The position numbers were made by a program, and so were the translations under genes. DNA of 64,000 nt from Sulfurospirillaceae bacterium (lineage in GTDB: Bacteria > Campylobacterota > Campylobacteria > Campylobacterales > Sulfurospirillaceae). The stretch is taken from NCBI GenBank assembly GCA_033723415.1, contig JAWVXD010000011.1, positions 1 to 64,000 of the forward strand. The letters are read 5' to 3'. Shown one piece after another: positions 29,272 through 38,100 of the stretch. How positions within the stretch are numbered: position 1 is the first letter of the stretch; every line of letters begins with the position of its first letter. The notes beneath the pieces are model-generated. The model was not told the DNA's origin and searched no databases. It was given only the letters and a program-made list of their open reading frames with translations.

Positions 29272-29788
29272 GATTGGAGTTTTAACCGTTTCAGATAGAG
29301 CAAGTGCAGGAGTTTATGAAGATCTCTCTGGAAAAGCTATAATCGATACATTAAGAGACTACATTCAAAGTGAATGGGATGAATTATATACAATAGTCCC
29401 AGATGAGCAAGAACTTATAGAAGAGACTCTTAAAGATATGGCTGATGTTGAAGAATGTTGTCTTATAGTAACTACCGGAGGTACGGGACCTGCACTGCGT
29501 GATGTGACTCCTGATGCAACGGAGGCTGTATGTGATAAGATGATGCCGGGATTTGGAGAACTTATGAGACAGGTTAGTCTTCAGTATGTTCCAACGGCGA
29601 TTCTCTCCAGACAAACTGCAGGAATAAGGGGAAAGACTTTAATCATCAATCTACCTGGCAAACCAAAATCAATCAGAGAATGTTTAGATGCGGTTTTTCC
29701 TGCGGTTCCATATTGTATAGATCTTATGGACGGCCCTTTTATAGAATGTGATGAGACGATCATAAAGCCATTTCGTCCTAAGCAATAG
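29261..29788 (+). CDS. mog: Molybdopterin adenylyltransferase
   Basis: SDRASAGVYEDLSG, TTGGTGPALRDVTPDAT, LSRQTAGIRG, NLPGKPKSI. Confidence 0.95.
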   Translation: MKTKIGVLTVSDRASAGVYEDLSGKAIIDTLRDYIQSEWDELYTIVPDEQELIEETLKDMADVEECCLIVTTGGTGPALRDVTPDATEAVCDKMMPGFGELMRQVSLQYVPTAILSRQTAGIRGKTLIINLPGKPKSIRECLDAVFPAVPYCIDLMDGPFIECDETIIKPFRPKQ

Positions 29789-29813
29789 CAAAGAAGAAAG
29801 TGCTTATATCATG

Positions 29814-29861
29814 TATATAGGAAGGGGTCGTATGAAATACAACCCTTTAACTTCCTATATA
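29814..29861. terminator. Long hairpin between convergent mog and uppP (bidirectional terminator candidate)
   Basis: TATATAGGAAG-GGGTCGTAT-gaa-ATACAACCC-tttaa-CTTCCTATATA. Confidence 0.55.
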
Positions 29862-30614
29862 TAATAAGATCAAGCCAAATATGATCCGATAGATACCAAA
29901 ACTTACAAATGTAAATCTTTGAAGAAAAGATAAAAAGAGTTTGATCGTAAGATAAGCAACCACGAATGAAACAACGAAACCTACAGCCAATGTCAGAATA
30001 TTTTCATTTGAAAATTCATGATAATGCTTCAAAAATTCATATGCACTGACGGTTATCATGACGGGGAATGCCAACAAAAAGCTAAACTCGGCACTGATCT
30101 TTCTATTTAATCCCACTAACAAACCGCCTATAATCGTGGCTCCTGCTCTGCTGGTTCCAGGTATCAAAGCAAAAACTTGTGCAATACCTATAAAGAGGGA
30201 TTGTTTGTATGTTACTTTTTCTACGTCGCTTACATAATGTTCTTTTTCTTTGTAAAATTTTTCTACTATTAAAAAGATTACACCGCCGACTATAAACATG
30301 ACAGCTACTATTTGTGTAGAAAAAAGATCTTTTATCTGATGTCTAAATATAAACCCTATAACCGCAAGAGGAAGATAAGCTACGATCAAGCGTTTCCAAA
30401 GTTCTATCTTCTTTGGACTAAACTTCTCTTTATAAACAAAAACTACCGCTAGGATCGCAGCGAGTTGTATGATGATCTCAAAAGCTTTTGTATATGTATC
30501 TTGTGATAATCCCAGCATCTTGCTTGCAACAATCATATGTGCAGTGGAAGATATAGGTAAAAACTCGGTAAAACCTTCTATTACTCCAAGTATGGCGGAT
30601 TGTATTACGTCCAT
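29847..30614 (-). CDS. uppP: Undecaprenyl-diphosphate phosphatase
   Basis: LGVIEGFTEFLPISSTAH, IQLAAILAV, ALIPGTSRAGATI, AEFSFLL. Confidence 0.95.
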   Translation of the reverse strand: MDVIQSAILGVIEGFTEFLPISSTAHMIVASKMLGLSQDTYTKAFEIIIQLAAILAVVFVYKEKFSPKKIELWKRLIVAYLPLAVIGFIFRHQIKDLFSTQIVAVMFIVGGVIFLIVEKFYKEKEHYVSDVEKVTYKQSLFIGIAQVFALIPGTSRAGATIIGGLLVGLNRKISAEFSFLLAFPVMITVSAYEFLKHYHEFSNENILTLAVGFVVSFVVAYLTIKLFLSFLQRFTFVSFGIYRIIFGLILLYIGS

Positions 30615-33241
30615 TAACTTATTTCCTCTAACTCTTTTTTGACTTTGGCAAATTTGACTTTGGCATCATCTAGTGATTTTTGATTTTGTTCAACAACGGC
30701 TTCAGGTGCATTGGCGACAAATTTTTCATTGCCAAGCATGTTCTCTAATTTTTTGATCTCTATTTCTAACTTATTTTTTTGATTGTTTAATCTATCTTTT
30801 ATAGGGCTCAGATCGATATCTGCCAGTGGTATATACACTTCAAGATTGTCACTGATATCGCTTGCGCTATTTGGTACTTTTTCACTGACTAAGTTAATAT
30901 TTTCGACTTTTGCCAATAGCTGAATATAAGGCAGAGCATCACTTAGGATATCTGTATCATCAAGCTTTATAGAAGCGTTTTTAATCTTTTTATTACCCAT
31001 CTCGATATTTGCTTTAGCTCGTCTTATACTGATGATGGCTTCTATTACAAGCTCAAATATTTTTTCGGCTTCATCATCTCTTTTATCGGCTATAGGATAT
31101 GATTTGATCATGATAGACTCACACTCTTCCAATTTTGTACCTGATAATTCTTGATACAAAAATTCTGAAATAAAAGGTGTAAGAGGATGTATAAGTTTCA
31201 TAGCCTCTTTAAAGATGCTACCCAACTCTTTGACACTTGATTTGTCTGCTTTACTAAGCTCTATCCCCCAATCACAGAACTCTCCCCATAAAAATCTATA
31301 AAGCACGGTAGCTGCATCATTAAATCTATATTGATCAAAAAAGTCTCTCGTCTCTTTTGTCGCAACCATTAATCGGCTGTACATATATTTGCCAAGAGGA
31401 GTTTTTATCTCTATGTCACTTAGATCTTCAAATTTTTCTTCATGCATAAGCAAGAATCTCGATGCATTATAGAGCTTGTTTGTAAAGTTTCTCATCTGCT
31501 CTAATTTTTCACCGCTCAGTTTTATATCTCTTCCTTGGACAGCCAATATTGCCAATGTAAATCTTAGAGTGTCAGCGCTAAATTCTTCGATCGTATCAAG
31601 AGGATTTATAACATTTCCTTTGGATTTACTCATCTTTTGTCCATGTTCGTCTTTTACAAGAGCATGCAGATAAATATCTTTGAAAGGCAGTTCTTTAAAT
31701 GCATGTTCTCCTTGGAACATCATACGTGCAACCCAGAAAAAAAGTATATCAAAGCCTGTTATGACAAGGGAATTTGGATAAAATTTTTCTAGATCCCCTT
31801 CAAACCATTTTTCTCCCTCTAACGCTTTTCCGTTTCCCCAGCCAAGTGTAGAAAAAGGCCAAAGTCCTGAACTAAACCATGTATCTAGTACATCAGGATC
31901 TTGATAAATATTCTTGCTTTCACATATAGGACATACAAGCTGTGTTTCTTTTTCACTAGCCCACTCATAACCGCAATCTTTACAGTAAAAAACAGGAATC
32001 CTGTGTCCCCACCAAAGCTGACGCGATATACACCAATCTCTGAGATCTTTCATCCAAGCGTTAAATGAATTTATCCAATGCGCAGGAAAAAATTCACACA
32101 AGTGTTCATTTACTTTTTGTATCGCACCATCTGCTATCTCTTTTTTAACGAACCATTGCTTTGAAATATAAGGCTCTACGATATTGTGACATCTATAGCA
32201 GTGACCGACTTGATTTTCATAATCTTCAATCTTTTCTACAAAACCTGCACTTTTGAGTTTTTTTACTATTAATTCTCTGGATTCAAGTCTCTCAAGTCCT
32301 TCAAATTCACCGCAATATGCATTTAAAATTCCTCTCTCATTAAAGATCGTGATAAATTCCAAATCATGTCTTTTCCCTACTTCATAGTCATTTAGATCAT
32401 GCGCAGGCGTTACTTTTACGCAGCCTGTTCCAAATTCCATATCAACATGTGAGTCTGCTATGACCGTGATCTCTCGTCCAACAAGAGGAAGAATAACTTT
32501 CTTACCTACAAGATGTTTGTACCGCTCATCATCCGGATGTACCATAACTGCGGTATCTCCGAAGTATGTCTCAGGTCTTGTGGTTGCAACTATCAAGTAC
32601 TCATCAGAGTCTTTCAAAAAGTATTTTAGATGATAAAGTTTACCTTTATTTTGTTCGTATTCAACTTCTATGTCACTGAGTGCACCATCGTGTGTACACC
32701 AATTTACCATATAGTTACCGCGAACTATCATACCTTCATTGTATAGATTTACAAATGATTTTTTAACTGAATTCTTTAATCCTTCGTCCATAGTAAATCG
32801 TTCACGACTCCATGCAGGACTTATTCCTAGTTTTCTCATCTGGTGAACAATCTCTCCACCGCTGAATTCTTTCCATTTCCACACTTTTTCTAAAAATGCT
32901 TCTCTGCCGATTTCATCTTTTGTAATCCCTTCAGCTAAAAGTTGTTTTTCCACAACATTTTGCGTAGCGATTCCGGCATGATCAGTTCCAGGCTGCCACA
33001 AAGTCTTGAAGCCGTCCATTCTTTTGTATCTTGTGATTATATCTTGCAAAGTAAATGTCAAAGAGTGTCCTATGTGTAAGCTTCCAGTGACATTAGGCGG
33101 GGGCATCATGATACAAAAGTTTTTTCCTTTTGTTTGGATATTTTTATTGCCGTCTATTTCAAAATAACCTCTCTCTTCCCATATTTTATAATACTTGTCT
33201 TCTACATTTTTTGGATTATAAACCGTGCTCTTTTCACTCAT
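30614..33241 (-). CDS. valS: Valine--tRNA ligase
   Basis: PPPNVTGSLHIGH, DWCISRQLWWGHRIP, KMSKSKGN, C-terminal coiled coil. Confidence 0.98.
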   Translation of the reverse strand: MSEKSTVYNPKNVEDKYYKIWEERGYFEIDGNKNIQTKGKNFCIMMPPPNVTGSLHIGHSLTFTLQDIITRYKRMDGFKTLWQPGTDHAGIATQNVVEKQLLAEGITKDEIGREAFLEKVWKWKEFSGGEIVHQMRKLGISPAWSRERFTMDEGLKNSVKKSFVNLYNEGMIVRGNYMVNWCTHDGALSDIEVEYEQNKGKLYHLKYFLKDSDEYLIVATTRPETYFGDTAVMVHPDDERYKHLVGKKVILPLVGREITVIADSHVDMEFGTGCVKVTPAHDLNDYEVGKRHDLEFITIFNERGILNAYCGEFEGLERLESRELIVKKLKSAGFVEKIEDYENQVGHCYRCHNIVEPYISKQWFVKKEIADGAIQKVNEHLCEFFPAHWINSFNAWMKDLRDWCISRQLWWGHRIPVFYCKDCGYEWASEKETQLVCPICESKNIYQDPDVLDTWFSSGLWPFSTLGWGNGKALEGEKWFEGDLEKFYPNSLVITGFDILFFWVARMMFQGEHAFKELPFKDIYLHALVKDEHGQKMSKSKGNVINPLDTIEEFSADTLRFTLAILAVQGRDIKLSGEKLEQMRNFTNKLYNASRFLLMHEEKFEDLSDIEIKTPLGKYMYSRLMVATKETRDFFDQYRFNDAATVLYRFLWGEFCDWGIELSKADKSSVKELGSIFKEAMKLIHPLTPFISEFLYQELSGTKLEECESIMIKSYPIADKRDDEAEKIFELVIEAIISIRRAKANIEMGNKKIKNASIKLDDTDILSDALPYIQLLAKVENINLVSEKVPNSASDISDNLEVYIPLADIDLSPIKDRLNNQKNKLEIEIKKLENMLGNEKFVANAPEAVVEQNQKSLDDAKVKFAKVKKELEEIS

Positions 33242-33362
33242 AATAGTTGAAACCTTGTAATTTTTAACGCGATTATACTAAAAAGGCATTAAAAACATAA
33301 TTAATGATAAGTATTTAAGGCTTTTTTATGTAGTATAATATGCATATTTTGCATAAAAGGGT

Positions 33363-35183
33363 TTGCAAGTGCAAGAAAATAAAAAAATATTAGCCATAAT
33401 TTCGGGCTTGATGCTTACATTTTTAATAGTTGTCGTAATTATTGTGAGTTTTAACTTTAAAAATTACTCTCAAGCAAAAGAATACGAACAAGCAAACGTG
33501 ATCGCTTCATTGGTCAAGGATGGATTGACTGCACATATGGCCTCAGGCACTATGAGTAAAAGAGAATTATTTTTAGATAATGCAAAAAAATCTTCAGGCG
33601 CTCGTGATGTTTGGATATTTAGAACAGATAAAGTTGTAAAGCTCTTTGGAAAAGGTTTTAGAGATGAAACCATAAGAGACGATATTGACAGAAAAGTGAT
33701 AAAAACTGCAAAAACATATGAGAGCATAGATGAAAGTTTTGTCCGTCCAACCCTAAGGGTGACGATTCCTTATATCGCATCTTCATATTCAAATCCAAAC
33801 TGTTTAAAGTGCCATACCAATGCAAAAGAAGGCGAAGTCTTAGGCGGCATAAGTATGGTATTTAATATCGAAGATGCTAGATTTTCAAGTTTTGTAGCTA
33901 TTATCAAGATATTAGGTGCAGCTCTTGTTTTTATAGTATTTTTTATTTATATCGCCAATAAACTTTTTAAACCATACATTGGTGCACTGATAGCAATAAA
34001 AGAGTCTTTGAAAAAAGCAAATAAAGGTGATTATTTAACTAGGATAGAGATCAAAGGTGATACTGAATCCACGGAAGTATTTAGATGGCTAAACACTCTT
34101 TTAGAAAAGTTAGAAAAAACAATCGGTGCAATTGATAAAAATATTTCTTTATTTGTAGCGGACAGAAGAAAAGAGTTTAATGATCCATTGGAAAAATCCC
34201 AAGCAATCATAGAAGATATAGCTATGATCTACAGATTTAAAAGAACTATAGAACAAGACACATCAAAAGAAGTAATATACAAAAGGCTTATAAAGATATT
34301 TAAAGAACAGTTGAATTTTAATGATGTATCTCTTTTTGAAATTGATATTAAAAATGACAAAAGAATTTTGATATATCATGATAATCCTGAGAAATATTGT
34401 TCTATCGCTGATTATAAAGTCAGCCAAAGGTGCAGAGCTTACAGGACTAATTCTATAGTAGTAAGTGATGATTTTGAAAATATTTGCCAATCATGTTCAA
34501 CTTCAAAAGAGTATCTATGTATCAATTATCCAATTGATGAGAATGTATCTTTGGTCGTAAATATTAAGCCTAAAGACAAGGCTGAACTATTTGAAAATAA
34601 AAAAGCTATAGGTTATATCAAAAATTATTTGGAATCAGCCAGACCGGTCCTTCAAAGCAAAATCTTGACTGAAATACTTCAAAGATCAAATATGATCGAT
34701 GGATTGACAAAGCTTTATAATAGAAAGTATTTAGATATTTTTATGGAAACTGAGATAAGGGAATATAAATCTTATTCGGTCGCTATGATAGATATTGATT
34801 ATTTTAAAAAGATAAACGATTCATTTGGTCATGATGCAGGTGATAAAGTTTTAAAAGGTCTTTCTGAAGTTTTTAGGAAAGTTATCAAAGAAGATGATGT
34901 TGCTTTTAGATTTGGAGGAGAAGAATTTTTAATCTTTATCCCAAATACTGAAAGTGCGTTAGAAACAGTACAAAACATAAAAGATGAGTTTGAAAAAACA
35001 ATTTTTAAGATAGGGGAAACAAGTATAAACAAAACACTTAGTGCAGGGATATCATACTTTCAAGATGATGCACTAAGCGCGTGGCAAGTGATCAAAAATG
35101 CCGATATTGCCTTATATGATGCAAAAAATAACGGGAGGAATAAGATCGTATTGTTTAAAGATATCAAAAATAAGGATAAATAA
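33363..35183 (+). CDS. Diguanylate cyclase with an extracytoplasmic CxxCH (putative heme c) sensor, HAMP-like linker and Cys-rich cytoplasmic region
   Basis: TM-CLKCH(33801-33815)-TM; DGLTKLYNR, DIDYFKKINDSFGHDAGD, RFGGEEF; I-site degenerate (KEDD). Confidence 0.92.
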   Translation: MQVQENKKILAIISGLMLTFLIVVVIIVSFNFKNYSQAKEYEQANVIASLVKDGLTAHMASGTMSKRELFLDNAKKSSGARDVWIFRTDKVVKLFGKGFRDETIRDDIDRKVIKTAKTYESIDESFVRPTLRVTIPYIASSYSNPNCLKCHTNAKEGEVLGGISMVFNIEDARFSSFVAIIKILGAALVFIVFFIYIANKLFKPYIGALIAIKESLKKANKGDYLTRIEIKGDTESTEVFRWLNTLLEKLEKTIGAIDKNISLFVADRRKEFNDPLEKSQAIIEDIAMIYRFKRTIEQDTSKEVIYKRLIKIFKEQLNFNDVSLFEIDIKNDKRILIYHDNPEKYCSIADYKVSQRCRAYRTNSIVVSDDFENICQSCSTSKEYLCINYPIDENVSLVVNIKPKDKAELFENKKAIGYIKNYLESARPVLQSKILTEILQRSNMIDGLTKLYNRKYLDIFMETEIREYKSYSVAMIDIDYFKKINDSFGHDAGDKVLKGLSEVFRKVIKEDDVAFRFGGEEFLIFIPNTESALETVQNIKDEFEKTIFKIGETSINKTLSAGISYFQDDALSAWQVIKNADIALYDAKNNGRNKIVLFKDIKNKDK

Positions 35184-38100
35184 TTAAAACAAACAGTCTA
35201 TGTAAATTTTTATTAATCTTATTAATTCCGGTATTTGGAATATCTTCAACATTGGTGGTGGATAATACGCCATCCGGAGTATTTAGTTGCGTAAATACTT
35301 CTCATCCGTATAATACTATACAAGGGGCTCTCAATGCCTCTAGACATGGGGATACTATAGAGATATGTAGTGGAACTTATAATGAATCTTTGAATATAAA
35401 CGAAAATGATCTGACTATAAAAGGCGTATCAGGACAAGCTATAGATGATGTAGTTATAAATGCAGGGAACAATATAGGTATAACTTTAAGTAAAAAAAAC
35501 ATTACTCTTGAGAATTTTAAACTGATTTCAACAAATAATTATGGAATATACGGAGACAACCACGGTAAAGGTGATCATGTTTTTAGAAAATTGATCATAG
35601 AAGCTGGTAATAGAGGGATTTATCTAACAAACGGCAATAAGCAGACATTTGAAGATTTGAATATTACTGCAGGTGACATCGGTATCTATACTAGCTATGA
35701 TGTAAAAGGGGATCATACATATAACAATATTACGATAAATTCCAAAGACAATGCGATACAAGCAGATAATGGAGGTTTGTCATTTGAAAATCTAAATCTC
35801 ACTTCAACAAACGGTATGGGTATTGATATCGGCAATACTTCAAAAGATCTATTGTTCCAACATATAGCCATCAGTAGTAAAAATGAGGGAATCTACACAA
35901 CAAGTAACGTTTCAGGACAGAAAATATTCAATGACATCAATATTTCATCGCAAGCCACCGGTATTTCGGTAAATGGCGGCAAACAAGTCTCTTTGGATTA
36001 TATTGACGTAAATAGTTCAAACAATATGGGAATCTATCTGGCTTATAACGCTTGGGGAAACCATACTTTTAATCACATCAAAGTCAATTCTAAATCAGAA
36101 GCCGTTTATGTCGCAAATGGCGGATTGAGCTTTCAAAATATGGATTTGAATTCAACTACAGATAGAGGCTTGGACATAGAGAATACAAACAATGATCTTA
36201 CAATTGACAATATAACAATTCAAAGTCAAAAAGAGGGAATATATGCACCTTGGGATGTTAACGGCAACAGTATCTTAAAAAATATTACAATAAATTCACT
36301 CGGTTCAGGTATATCTTTTGCAAGAGGTTTTTCAAGTCTCAGTGATGCAAATATAACCAGCAGAGCCAGAGGCGTTGATACGGCTGCGTACAGAGATATG
36401 GTTATAGACAATGTGGATATAAACACAAGTTCAGGTACAAATTACGGCATTCTTCTAAATTGGGGAGATAGCAATGCTAAAATAACTATACAAAACAGTA
36501 AAATTTCAGCCGGAGATGATGGCATACATACTAACAATGGCTATTTGAACATAGATTCGGTATGTATTAACGGTGCAAAAAGAGGTATTTATATCCCGTG
36601 GAATGTATATAATGCAGTGGTTAAAAACACGGTTATAAAAAATACTACTGATGTTGACTTGGAACTTAGTTCATCTACCGGTTATCCGGCTAGCATAACA
36701 AATAACTGCTTTTACGGCAGTGCTTTAGCCAACTCAAATAGTACGGTACATTATTTTGATAGCAACTATTGGGACGGATTTAGCGGTACTGTATATAAAA
36801 GCGGAAATGTTGTAGATAATCATCCCAAAGCTACTTGTACTGCTACCGGTTGCGGAGGTAGTACTTCTGTGGCTCCTTTGGTAGATTACTGGTTTGATGA
36901 ATGTTCATGGAGTGGTGTGAGTGGTGAAGTTAAAGATAGCAGTGGAAATGGCTATAACGCAACAGCTATGAACGGATTGGATACAAACAGTTCAGGAAAA
37001 GTATATAGAGGGGCAACATTCAATGGAACTGATCATTATATCTATGCTCAAGGTATAGCTTCTTATCTTCAAAAAACGGCTTCTCTCGGTTTTTGGATCA
37101 AGACTACGCAAACTGGAAATAATACAGACTGGTTGGCTCCAGGGATCAGCGGTATAGAACAAAACGGCGGAACCAATGACATATTTTGGGGTTGGCTTGA
37201 TGCTACAGGACATATACATATCACAAAAGGCAATGGAAATGGTGCTGAATCTACTAATCCCATCAATGATGATTTGTGGCATCATGTCGTTTTAACCAGA
37301 GATTCATCAACTGGACAGCTCCAAGTCTATGTTGACGGCAATTTGAATCAAACTTCATTTTCAGACAGTGGAGATGTTACTACAAACTTTTCAAGCATCG
37401 GCAGGATTGAAAATACGAATTCATCTATTTTGCCGAAATATTTTCATGGAAGTTTAGATGAAGTTGAGATTTACAATCGTGTTCTGTCTGCTTCTGAGAT
37501 AAAAACGATTTATGATAATGAAAACGTAGGTAAAAACTATGATGGAAGTACCAGGGTAGCACCTACTTGTACTGCATTAAAAGAGTGCTTTAGCGATAAT
37601 TTTAACAGAACAAGTCTTGGCGACAAATGGAGTATTATCAGCACAGGAACACACCCTCCTGATGTTACTGACAATAAGCTGATGCTGACAAAAAATATAG
37701 GAAATATTTCTTCTGGTGTGTCGCTTGTTGGAAGTTTTCCATCCAATAACAATATAATTCAGATAGAATTTGAAGGAAATGCTTATGCAGGCAGTGGAGC
37801 GGATGGAGTTTCGGTGATTCTTTCAGATGCAAATACGACACCTGTTGCAGGAGGATTTGGAGGATCTTTAGGATATGCCCCTAAAAATGAAATTTTAGGC
37901 TTTGCAGGTGCATGGCTTGGTTTTGGTTTGGATGAATACGGAAATTTTGCGGATGACAATGACGGCAACAAAGGTAGAGGCTGCACTTACAGACCGACAA
38001 GCAGAATTTTGGATTCTTTGACGATTCGAGGCAGGGGAGACAGCAATAGATTAAATGGATACTGTTTTATCGCAAACAGTGGAAATCTGGCTACTAGTAC

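Noticed and set aside
33272..33339. 9-bp inverted repeat ATTATACTA / TAGTATAAT between valS and the DGC
   Set aside because: Explained by two back-to-back TATAAT -10 elements of divergent promoters
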